Positions 47,809 through 55,928 of a stretch of 64,000 bases of DNA are shown here, one piece after another. The first letter of the stretch is position 1. The number at the start of each line of letters is the position of its first letter. Below the pieces are notes generated by a model. That model was not told where the DNA came from. It did not search any database and worked only from the letters and a program-made list of their open reading frames with translations. The translations under genes were made by a program, and so were the position numbers. Where the stretch lies: NCBI GenBank assembly GCA_964652405.1, contig CAZZAW010000001.1, positions 205 through 64,204 of the forward strand, written 5' to 3'. The stretch comes from an uncultured Ramlibacter sp. GTDB lineage: Bacteria > Pseudomonadota > Gammaproteobacteria > Burkholderiales > Burkholderiaceae_C.

Positions 47809-48584
47809 CAGAACTCTCCTTTCGGCTTGGGCAGCTTGTTCAGCCGGTCCAGCACGTTCGTGGTGGCGAGATCACCAGCCACTAGCGGGATTCGAACCAG
47901 CCGGTCCCCAGGGAATTTCCGGGCGGGCTTGGCGACCATCGCGCGCCAAAAGGCGACCGGGTTGATCCCTTTGGTCAGCCTATTGGCCTCGGTGAAGTTG
48001 GGGTGCGTGAACCGGGACCCGAAGAGGGTCTCTTCCCACGCATGGGGATCCCCAGCACGGTCGGCCGGCGGCGCTACCGCGGAGCCGAGACAAACTTTGC
48101 CGTTGCCCCAGATGTTGAACAGCGGCGCCTGAAACAGGGGGCTGTCCGGCGTCGGCCGGTGATTCTCACTCAGCGCGTAGACGTACAGGCCCACCTTGGG
48201 GATGGCCATCCAGACCATCGCCGGCAGCGGGCACTGCGCGTGACCGTCGAAAGTCGACTTGTTGTACGTCGACTTCTCAAAGAACATCGCTCGCCGGCAT
48301 TCAGGGGTCCACCAGACCAGTCGATCGGGGCCCTTTGCGACGACTTTCGCGTCCAGCCAGCTTGTCTCCAGCGCCGACCTTGCCGAGGCCACACGATCAA
48401 CGAGGACCATCAGGTCATTCTGGTTCATCAGTCGGCCAGCTTGGATCGTCGGTCGCCCAGCAACGGGCTTCACGTCGTGGACCGTGCAATAGGTGATGCT
48501 CCGGTCTTTTGCGGCGCCATACAGCAGGATGGCGCCTTCGAGGGAGGCCGATTCGCCGGCCTCCGCTACTGTCAGTTCAAGCAT
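47808..48584 (-). CDS. PRTRC system protein B (prokaryotic E2-like)
   Basis: LVWWTP..RRAMFF; LFQAPLFNIWGNGKVCLGS (putative catalytic Cys); FGSRFTHPN. Confidence 0.88.
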   Translation of the reverse strand: MLELTVAEAGESASLEGAILLYGAAKDRSITYCTVHDVKPVAGRPTIQAGRLMNQNDLMVLVDRVASARSALETSWLDAKVVAKGPDRLVWWTPECRRAMFFEKSTYNKSTFDGHAQCPLPAMVWMAIPKVGLYVYALSENHRPTPDSPLFQAPLFNIWGNGKVCLGSAVAPPADRAGDPHAWEETLFGSRFTHPNFTEANRLTKGINPVAFWRAMVAKPARKFPGDRLVRIPLVAGDLATTNVLDRLNKLPKPKGEF

Positions 48585-48587
48585 TGG

Positions 48588-49727
48588 TTACCTCAGAGTT
48601 GGGAAGTGCCTGAGCAGCTCGCCCGCCAGGGCGTACAGCCGCACCAGGCGTTTGAATTGCGACACGAGGTCCGCAAGGGCCTCATCGTCTGAGGCAGGTG
48701 CCTCGAAGTAGTGGTGTGTCATCGTGGACTCACCGTTCATCTGGAACTCCTCCCAATGCGACAAAGCATCGAGAAGAACCTGGTGTTTGTCCCAGACCAG
48801 GATGCACGAGGCTCCAAGGCGGTCCGGGGCGTAGCCCTCGTCCCACTCCTGGTCCTCCTCGCTTCGGCCCAAGGTCAGTTCCGCCGCGCTCTTGCTCTTC
48901 AGGTACCGCCTGAGCTGCAGCGCCGCACGGACCACCGAGACGAGTTCTCGCGGCGATCGCCTGTTTTCGGTGAACCGCCTAGCATCGGAGATGGTCGCCT
49001 TGGCCGGCCTTTTGTTGCCGGCCCTCAGGTGGTACCGGTTCAACATCCAGGCATGACCGTCGACAGCCTCCTCCATGTCTGAAGGCCAGGCATGCGGGTG
49101 CTGGCTGCGGATGTACTCATCCGATACCGGCATTGGGTACTCCTCGCGCAGCTGGTCGAGATACTCATCGTCCGTGCACGCTCCGTTGTGCCAGATGTAC
49201 TCCGCGAAACTAGCGAGATCGCCGATCTGGTACACGGGGAACCCAGTGCCAGAGATCAGTGTGATCACGTCGAAGACGAACCACCCGAGCCCGGGTTGGG
49301 CCTTGTTGAGGGCCGTCACCACAGGCTTCAGCTTGAAGCAAGGAATGGCACTCGTGGCCTCGACGATGAACTTCAGCTTCTCCTCTTCGGCCAGGACATA
49401 GACGTCCAGCTTTAGCGGATTGGCCTCGCCCCCTTGCGTGGCGATGTAGCTTTTCCACTGCTTGCGCAGCGAATCAATCGGGCTCGTGAACCGCCCATGT
49501 GGCAGCTCCAGCCCGAGGCTGGAGCTGCACAGGGCCAGTTTGGCGGCATTGCGGGGCGCCAGGGCCTCCACGTTCGACAGAACGTGTGGCACCTGGCTGC
49601 TGATGTCGGGGAGACACCAGCCCCCCTGCACGGCCGCTAGCCGAACAGGCTGAACGCTACTGCCGGGGGCGGCAATGGCGTCGAGTGCGCCCGATTGTTC
49701 ACGATCGAATGCACGATCATCGAACAC
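48588..49727 (-). CDS. PRTRC system protein F
   Basis: Position between C and B; WCLPDIS, ALNKAQPGLGW, YIWHNG..DD motifs. Confidence 0.7.
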   Translation of the reverse strand: MFDDRAFDREQSGALDAIAAPGSSVQPVRLAAVQGGWCLPDISSQVPHVLSNVEALAPRNAAKLALCSSSLGLELPHGRFTSPIDSLRKQWKSYIATQGGEANPLKLDVYVLAEEEKLKFIVEATSAIPCFKLKPVVTALNKAQPGLGWFVFDVITLISGTGFPVYQIGDLASFAEYIWHNGACTDDEYLDQLREEYPMPVSDEYIRSQHPHAWPSDMEEAVDGHAWMLNRYHLRAGNKRPAKATISDARRFTENRRSPRELVSVVRAALQLRRYLKSKSAAELTLGRSEEDQEWDEGYAPDRLGASCILVWDKHQVLLDALSHWEEFQMNGESTMTHHYFEAPASDDEALADLVSQFKRLVRLYALAGELLRHFPTLR

Positions 49728-50041
49728 GTTGCGTTCTCCTTCAGTTGCGTGGGGCGGACCCCACTCAGCGGGCTGTTGCCCTTATCGTGCGTCCCTTCGA
49801 CAAACGCTTGAAGGCGTTCGGCCTGGGAGCGGGCCCCTTTGCTGCCGGCAGCCCGGGCAAAGGTGTAGGTGGACACGCCGCCCTTGGTTACCGGTCCTTC
49901 CACCACCGCAGTGGTCAGTTCCGGGTAGGCTGGCGCATACAGCAGGCGCACCTGGTCCGGGGTCTTCTCCGGCGCAGGGTCGCTGAGCGTCATCGCGTTG
50001 TATTTGAAGACGCGCTTCAGTTCGGTCTGGGCGATCGCCAT
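49637..50041 (-). CDS. PRTRC system protein C (ubiquitin-like) with C-terminal extension
   Basis: LKRVFKYN..LSDP...QVR..YA..YPELTTAVVEGP...YTFARAAGSKG, followed by about 65 extra residues. Confidence 0.88.
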   Translation of the reverse strand: MAIAQTELKRVFKYNAMTLSDPAPEKTPDQVRLLYAPAYPELTTAVVEGPVTKGGVSTYTFARAAGSKGARSQAERLQAFVEGTHDKGNSPLSGVRPTQLKENATCSMIVHSIVNNRAHSTPLPPPAVAFSLFG

Positions 50042-50053
50042 GGGCTGGCACTC

Positions 50054-50581
50054 CTACAACGAGAACTGAAGTTCGGCATTCGTCCCGGCAGCGGGCTCAC
50101 CGCCCTGTGCGCCGTTCGGCTGTTCCTTGCCGTCGCCTTCGTCTTGCTCGTCGTCCTGCTCTTCTGCATCAGGCGCCGGCGAGGACCCTGAGGGGCCACT
50201 CAACAGCTTCGGCGAGGAGTCGCGTGGACTGGACTTCGCGGTCCCTCTCGGTCCCGTGAGCGCCTTGGTCGCCGGCTTGGTAGCCCCAACCGCGGCGTCA
50301 CTTGCCTCCTTGGCGGTCTGCGCTGCCACCGCGTCCACGGCGGCAAGCTGGTCCTTCAAGGAGATGTTGGTCTGAGCGTAACCACGCATGATTTCCGCGA
50401 ACTCGGCGTCGAACTCCGCCGGCGTCGCCGTGAAGGTTTTCGGGACCAGGTTGAAGCCCGCCTTCCCGGTTTCGGCCGAGGGCACCACCGTGACCTCGAT
50501 CTTGCCCTCGGTGGCCTTCGCCACGGTCAGGGACAGGGTGATTCCGTTGGCCACGAGTTGGGCCAGCTGTTCAAACAGCAT
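50054..50581 (-). CDS. PRTRC system protein E
   Basis: MLFEQLAQL...VTVVP...TATPAEFDAEF; acidic, low-complexity tail. Confidence 0.85.
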   Translation of the reverse strand: MLFEQLAQLVANGITLSLTVAKATEGKIEVTVVPSAETGKAGFNLVPKTFTATPAEFDAEFAEIMRGYAQTNISLKDQLAAVDAVAAQTAKEASDAAVGATKPATKALTGPRGTAKSSPRDSSPKLLSGPSGSSPAPDAEEQDDEQDEGDGKEQPNGAQGGEPAAGTNAELQFSL

Positions 50582-50647
50582 TGCTTGGATCCTCTCTAAG
50601 GAATTCGGAGCCCGGAGGCTCCGCGAAATGGTTGCTCGTAGCCGGGC

Positions 50648-52372
50648 TCACCAAGCCATGAGCTTGGGGATGCGGCCGCTGAAGTCGAAGTTGGGAGCGT
50701 CAAGGACGGCGTCGATGTAGTCGGCCTTGCCGCCGTTTCGCGCCTTGGCGTAGCTTTCGCCCATCGCCTTCTTGACACCAATCTCCGTGCAGACCGCGTC
50801 GATCTCGTTCTTGGTGAGCAGCTCCAGGAAGGTCTTGTCCACCTTCCAGTGATCGGCCAACTTCACGTCGAAGGCTTTCAGCACCCCGACGATCGAACCG
50901 ATTTCCAGGCTGGTCTCGACGTTCGCCGGGATCAGGCTCAAGGCTTTCGCCAGCGGCCCGTTCTCAACGGCCAGGATCTTCTTGAGCGCCTTTTCAGGCG
51001 TCGAGCAAGACCCGAGGTCGAAAAGCGCTTTCACCTCCTCGCCCAGTGCGTCCTTGTCCAAGACGTCCGGGTTGGTGAGGCACAGCGCCAGCAAGACAGA
51101 GCGGTTCTTTGCTACGTCCAGCTCCGCAACGACCTTCTTGTAGACCTGGCGCCAGAGCGCTTCACGGTGCTCGCGGACACGGTTGCTGGGCTGCGAGCTG
51201 GCAGGGGCAGATGCCGCTTTGCCAGTGGGCTTGTTGCTCTGCGAAGCCTTCGCCCCGCCGTCGGCAGGACTGTTGGCACTTGCAGGCGACCCGTTGGGCG
51301 TCTCCGCGGCCTCTTGAAGAGGCTTGTGGAAGTCGCTGATCTTGCGGACGTTGCAGGGCGTGTCCATGCACATGTCCTTGAACACCTGCCCCATCTTGTC
51401 GGGAACCGCCGAGATGACAGCTCCGAACGACTTGCAGGTGCGGCAAGCGGTGGCCTGTTCAGGGCCGACGCCTTTTGGGCCGTCGGCGACAAGTCGCACC
51501 ACGGTCAGGTTTTCGCCAGGCCGCACGATGCGCACAACCTGGTAGTCCTCCGCCAAGGCCTTGCGCCGCACCTCCAGCTCCGCCTCGGTCTTCTGATCGA
51601 AGCATTGCTTGTTGGTGCACTTGTCACCGCTGATCGCTTCCGCGAACAGCGCTTGCTGGTTCGTGGAGTTGTGATGGCAACTGGTGCAGTCGCTCTTGTC
51701 GAAGATCGCAGTGCCCAGGACGTTGGCCGCCTTGTCCAGATAGGCTTTGAGGTCAGCCACCGTGAACTGCTTGCCCTGCTCCTTCTGTTTCAGCAGCAGG
51801 TCGAGCGCTTGGAGCTGGGTGTCCTTACGGCAAGTGGCCAGCAGCTCGGCGTGCCCCAGGTTGATCTGCTTTTTGTGCAGTGCCTGGCGCACCTCGTCAG
51901 CTGCGTGCATCAGAGCCAGCCGCTGATCGAGGAGGGCCCTCTTCCAGCCCAGACGGCGCGCGGCTTCGTCGCGATCGCCGGCGCATTCGCCGAGCACGCG
52001 GGCGGCGCCCTCGGCCTGCGAAACGGCAGACATCGCGCGCCGGATGACGTTCTCGGTCAAGGCGGCGGCGTCACGCCACGTTTTGTCGTCGATCTCGGTG
52101 TAGTTCATCGGGATCGGGTACTGGTCACCGAAGGCTTCGATCCAGCCGCGAAGGCGGCATTCACCGGCGATCAGTTCCCATCTGCCGTCCGCCAGCTTGC
52201 GAACAACGATCGGCTCGAGCAGGCCCACCGCCTTGAAGGAGGTAGCGAGCTCGCGAATGTAGTCCGGGTCGATTTCGTGCTCAGGCCGGGGGTTTGATCC
52301 CCTGACGATGTCGCACGGTCGCGCCGTACCAGGTGTGAGGACGATACCGCCCTCAGCGTTGATGATTTCCAT
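50648..52372 (-). CDS. PRTRC system ParB-family protein
   Basis: ATG 52372; NPR, GLLEPIVVR, LIAGECRLR, ENVIR, LGHAELL, Cys clusters CTSCHHNS/CTNKQCF/CRTC/CMDTPC. Confidence 0.9.
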   Translation of the reverse strand: MEIINAEGGIVLTPGTARPCDIVRGSNPRPEHEIDPDYIRELATSFKAVGLLEPIVVRKLADGRWELIAGECRLRGWIEAFGDQYPIPMNYTEIDDKTWRDAAALTENVIRRAMSAVSQAEGAARVLGECAGDRDEAARRLGWKRALLDQRLALMHAADEVRQALHKKQINLGHAELLATCRKDTQLQALDLLLKQKEQGKQFTVADLKAYLDKAANVLGTAIFDKSDCTSCHHNSTNQQALFAEAISGDKCTNKQCFDQKTEAELEVRRKALAEDYQVVRIVRPGENLTVVRLVADGPKGVGPEQATACRTCKSFGAVISAVPDKMGQVFKDMCMDTPCNVRKISDFHKPLQEAAETPNGSPASANSPADGGAKASQSNKPTGKAASAPASSQPSNRVREHREALWRQVYKKVVAELDVAKNRSVLLALCLTNPDVLDKDALGEEVKALFDLGSCSTPEKALKKILAVENGPLAKALSLIPANVETSLEIGSIVGVLKAFDVKLADHWKVDKTFLELLTKNEIDAVCTEIGVKKAMGESYAKARNGGKADYIDAVLDAPNFDFSGRIPKLMAW

Positions 52373-52432
52373 TGGTTCTTCCGGAAGAAATGGAAGGAAC
52401 CGCCCCACACGGGGAAGCGGTTCCCCGTTGGG
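52373..52432 (-). promoter_or_regulatory. Structured 5' leader, copy C (RBS-sequestering switch)
   Basis: CCC-aac-GGG GAACCGCTTCCCC-gtgt-GGGGCGGTTCCTTCC-atttcttcc-GGAAGAACC-a-ATG. Confidence 0.65.
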
Positions 52433-52507
52433 TTGACTGGACGCGCGGAGCGTCCGTGATTGCTGCTGCCGGCAGCTCGGATCAGTCGCGCGAGGCGTGA
52501 TGGGTGA

Positions 52508-52545
52508 ATTATGCCTTTGCGAAACTGAGTTGACGAGAGTTCCGC
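52508..52545 (-). promoter_or_regulatory. Putative PRTRC operon promoter with GCGGA-N9-AACTCAGTT motif
   Basis: Minus strand GCGGAACTC-TCGTCA-17 nt-CATAAT; the motif overlaps the -35 and spacer. Confidence 0.45.
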
Positions 52546-52575
52546 AGCAAAGTGAGAGAGCCTTCCAACCTGGTC

Positions 52576-53877
52576 CTAGCTGTCCCGGTGCAGGTTCACC
52601 GCACGGACGATTGGCCGCCCGAACAGTTTGGCCATGCCGACCGAATGGGCTGCCTGGACGTCGTTTGCAAGTGGGCTGCGAGCGGCCCACAGGTTAGACA
52701 TTGCGATCACCATCTGATGATCTTCGCGCGCCTCGCTAAGCAGGTGCAGGATGGGCATGTACTCCTCGTGGCAGAACATGAACCGGGCCCTGATCTTGGG
52801 GGCGACAACGGCGGTGCTCACGCTGAACCAGTCCGCCGGCATGTGAAGCTCGGAGTTCCAGGGCCGCCACTGCGCTGCAGGAGCAGTCTGGCGCGCGGAC
52901 AACCACGTCGAGGTGCCATCCGGACGAAGAATGATCGCAATGTTTTGCGCCGTGTTGTTCCCCGTCATGATGTCAGCGCCAAGCACAACGGTTTGGCCGG
53001 TTCGGCGAATGACGCGGTTAATGTCATTCTCGAGAGCGTCGAACAGTGACGGGTCATAGAGGCCGATGATGGTCTCCGGAAAGATGACGGTACCGACCGC
53101 GCCCTCCCCTCCAGAGAGCGCCGCCACGGCGTGGCCGATGCGCCCTATGCGGACCATGACTTCCGTGGAGCCCGGCTTAGGAAATCCCCCCCACTTTGTT
53201 GAGAGCGCACCAACTTGTCCAGCAAGCCTGGTGTTCGGGATCCGCTCGCCTTCCGCCGCCTTGTATACGACGGCGGCTATCGCGAGCAGCGACAGCGCAA
53301 CGCGCCAGGGCTGGCCAGGCCACCTTGCACGCACAGTAGAGCGAAGAAAAACGGCTGTCCCCGCTGTGCAGATGAACATGGCTACCACGCCCGCCCACCC
53401 CCACTTTGGCAGCAGAAACCCCCAGGCAACCAGAGGGTGCCCGGGGACCACAGCTGCCAGCGGCGTTGCCAACCAGGCGACCAGCAGTCCCACGACAGAT
53501 AGCGCTACTACTGAGGGTCGCTCTGAGCGGCTCCAGCACAGGGCGCCTAATGTAGCTGCAGCTATCCCGATGGACGACCAAATCAGGACTCCTACAACGG
53601 CGGAGCCGAACCAGATAGAGGCCATCTCAGGTAGGAAACGAACCGTCCCGAGTGCGTATGCGCCAACAAGTGAACTGGCGGCCGCACGACCGCGACACAG
53701 GGACCACAAGACGGGCAGCATGGACGCCAATGCAGGCGTGCCCGTGCCGCCCCAACTCAGCACCGCCAACCCAAAGCCAAGCGTCGCAGCTAACGCGACC
53801 CGCAAAACGCCGGAAGTCCAGCCCGGCTCGGGCCGTGGCCAGTCAGCGGCAGACAGGCTCTCTTGACCAGCGCTCAC
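52576..53877 (-). CDS. TraB-like / apolipoprotein N-acyltransferase-like membrane protein (nitrilase fold)
   Basis: N-terminal TM helices, GHPL..WG..PKWGWAG, VIFPET, MFCHEE, AMSNLW, VRAVN. Confidence 0.7.
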   Translation of the reverse strand: MSAGQESLSAADWPRPEPGWTSGVLRVALAATLGFGLAVLSWGGTGTPALASMLPVLWSLCRGRAAASSLVGAYALGTVRFLPEMASIWFGSAVVGVLIWSSIGIAAATLGALCWSRSERPSVVALSVVGLLVAWLATPLAAVVPGHPLVAWGFLLPKWGWAGVVAMFICTAGTAVFLRSTVRARWPGQPWRVALSLLAIAAVVYKAAEGERIPNTRLAGQVGALSTKWGGFPKPGSTEVMVRIGRIGHAVAALSGGEGAVGTVIFPETIIGLYDPSLFDALENDINRVIRRTGQTVVLGADIMTGNNTAQNIAIILRPDGTSTWLSARQTAPAAQWRPWNSELHMPADWFSVSTAVVAPKIRARFMFCHEEYMPILHLLSEAREDHQMVIAMSNLWAARSPLANDVQAAHSVGMAKLFGRPIVRAVNLHRDS

Positions 53878-54644
53878 TCGTCAACAGGCGGCCTGCGCCC
53901 CATTTCGGCCATCGCCCCAGCGCGTTTGACCAGCTGCAGCACCGTCTGGCTGTCGAGGCCCGGCGCATTGGAGCAGAGTATGTCCAAGACCATCGCAGCA
54001 AGGTCAAACACCTCGTCGGCGGGAATAGGCACTGGAACCAGTCGCCTTCCATGCCGCAGCTTCAGGTAAAGGCTGGCACCCTGGTCCTCTAGTTCCAGAG
54101 TCTTGACATGGTCTTCACCGTGGCCAGTGAACTCCACGTGAGCGCACCAGCCAAGCAGTGACGCAGCGAACACAGGAAGCTCCCGGCGCGTGAGCCGAAA
54201 GGAAATCTTCTTGTCCCACTGCGCAGCTTGACTGGTTGCAGGCGCCGCTTCGATCAGCAGCGTGGCGTAGGACTTGCGGGCCTGAGTTGCCTCGGCTCGT
54301 TCGAAACATAGCGCGCCTTTACTTCCGTAGATGTGGAAGCCCTTCCCGGCGGTCTGGCCCGCCTGAACTTTCCTGGGAATAGTGGTTCCTTCGTCGTTCG
54401 CCGCGACTCTGGAAGCAGCTACCTCCCTAGCCCAGTCGGCAAGAGCCTCCAGCTCGCCAGCACGCTCAGTTCCAGCGGCCACCCGCTGCAGGCGGTCCTT
54501 GAAGCTGGCGACCTCGGCTTCAGGCAAGGCAGCGATAGCCCTGCGAATCTGAGGCAGCGGCGGTACCTGGACGCCACGGGTTTGCAGCGTTTGAGTTACC
54601 CAGCCGGCCGGGATCGCCGCACGGCGAATGCCAACGGCTGTCAT
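53874..54644 (-). CDS. Plasmid-type hypothetical protein
   Basis: FHIYGSKGALCFE...WDKKISFRLTRRELP; ATGA-type overlaps with both neighbours. Confidence 0.6.
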   Translation of the reverse strand: MTAVGIRRAAIPAGWVTQTLQTRGVQVPPLPQIRRAIAALPEAEVASFKDRLQRVAAGTERAGELEALADWAREVAASRVAANDEGTTIPRKVQAGQTAGKGFHIYGSKGALCFERAEATQARKSYATLLIEAAPATSQAAQWDKKISFRLTRRELPVFAASLLGWCAHVEFTGHGEDHVKTLELEDQGASLYLKLRHGRRLVPVPIPADEVFDLAAMVLDILCSNAPGLDSQTVLQLVKRAGAMAEMGRRPPVDE

Positions 54645-55036
54645 TCTGAGCGTCCGTCAGCGTTGGCCACCAAACGTCCCGTGAAGTTGGTGCAGCCATA
54701 GAAGCCGATGCGGCTACAGAAAAAGTCAGCGTTCGGCCGAGTTTGCGCCGCCAAGTTCAGTACGAGGCAGTTCATCTGCGTCGATCCAGGCGGGCCGGAC
54801 GGCGATCCTATCTGGCCCCACACGTACGCATCGCCCTGGACTCGGATGTGCCCTCCATGGATCTTCGCGCCTTCCATGACCCACAACTGTCCATTGACCG
54901 TGAGGTCACCTTCGTGCTCACCCTCAATGAGCAAGCCGCCCTGGATCGTCATTGGCCCTATCGTCTTGCTCCCAGCCGAGATCTTGTTGGTGACGCCCGC
55001 GACGAGCGGGTCGAGAATCACGCTTTCTTCACGCAT
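54641..55036 (-). CDS. Bactofilin-like (polymer-forming cytoskeletal) protein
   Basis: ISAGSKTIGPMTIQGGLLIEGEHEGDLTVNGQLWVMEGAKIHG beta-helix repeats. Confidence 0.7.
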   Translation of the reverse strand: MREESVILDPLVAGVTNKISAGSKTIGPMTIQGGLLIEGEHEGDLTVNGQLWVMEGAKIHGGHIRVQGDAYVWGQIGSPSGPPGSTQMNCLVLNLAAQTRPNADFFCSRIGFYGCTNFTGRLVANADGRSE

Positions 55037-55045
55037 CGTTATGCC

Positions 55046-55927
55046 TCATTGCATGGAGATGGTTCTGGAATCCAGCACAAGCTTGCCGGCAGCAGGATCG
55101 ATCTTCCGGAGAACCTCGCCCGTGAAAATCTTCTGTCCTGGCTCGATCTTTACAGGCAGCCGGGTCTGAGGGTTGGTGATCAAAGCGAATGCGCCAGCCT
55201 TGTCGATATCGACGACTGTCACTGACGGCAGGTCCGCCGCGTTCACGGCAGATGGTGCCGAGGCCCCAGAAAGCCTTGCAGGGGTAGTGGGCTTGGTGAC
55301 AGGGGCCGCGGCCGAGTCGGCGATAGGAACGGCCAGCTTCATTGCGGGCGCGGCAACGGCCGGCGCGCCCGATGGCGTGGGTGTAGTCGCAGCAGGGACC
55401 AGGGCCGGTCCCGCCCGCTGTTCGACCTTCGCGTCCAGGACTAACAGCGGAGGATCAGCTTTGACAGGTTCGGTCCTTTCGGTGCGACTCGGTGATGGCT
55501 GCACAGGCGGTCCAACCGCAGCCACCACTGCTTTCGGCGGCGCAATCGGAAGGCCTTGCTCTCCAGCAACGAATCCATCATTGACGACGGCGACTGACAC
55601 CGGCGCAGGCTGCTGAAGCTCCTGAGGCGCCTGCGACAGCGGCGCAGGAGCGACCGAGGCAGCGGCGAGGACTTCAACGTTCGTCGGCCAGTAGACCGTG
55701 GCTGCAGCAACCAAGGAGACTGCTCCAATCGCCAATGCGCCCAGCTGGACGCGCTTCATCCGCGGCGGAAGCTTCCTGGGGATGCGCGGCAGTCGCCAAT
55801 GACGACCGCGTTGTAGTGGCAATGCTTCGAAGCTGAATGCGGTCGGGGGAGCAGTAGATGCGCCCAGCACCACCCGTTGAGGTCCCCCGACAATCCTCTG
55901 GATAAAGAAGCGTTGTTGCTGGTCCAT
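55046..55927 (-). CDS. Bitopic membrane protein with Pro/Ala linker and small C-terminal beta domain
   Basis: TM VQLGALAIGAVSLVAAATVYW; C-terminal VTVVDID...IEPGQKIFTGEVLRKID. Confidence 0.55.
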   Translation of the reverse strand: MDQQQRFFIQRIVGGPQRVVLGASTAPPTAFSFEALPLQRGRHWRLPRIPRKLPPRMKRVQLGALAIGAVSLVAAATVYWPTNVEVLAAASVAPAPLSQAPQELQQPAPVSVAVVNDGFVAGEQGLPIAPPKAVVAAVGPPVQPSPSRTERTEPVKADPPLLVLDAKVEQRAGPALVPAATTPTPSGAPAVAAPAMKLAVPIADSAAAPVTKPTTPARLSGASAPSAVNAADLPSVTVVDIDKAGAFALITNPQTRLPVKIEPGQKIFTGEVLRKIDPAAGKLVLDSRTISMQ

Positions 55928-55928
55928 G

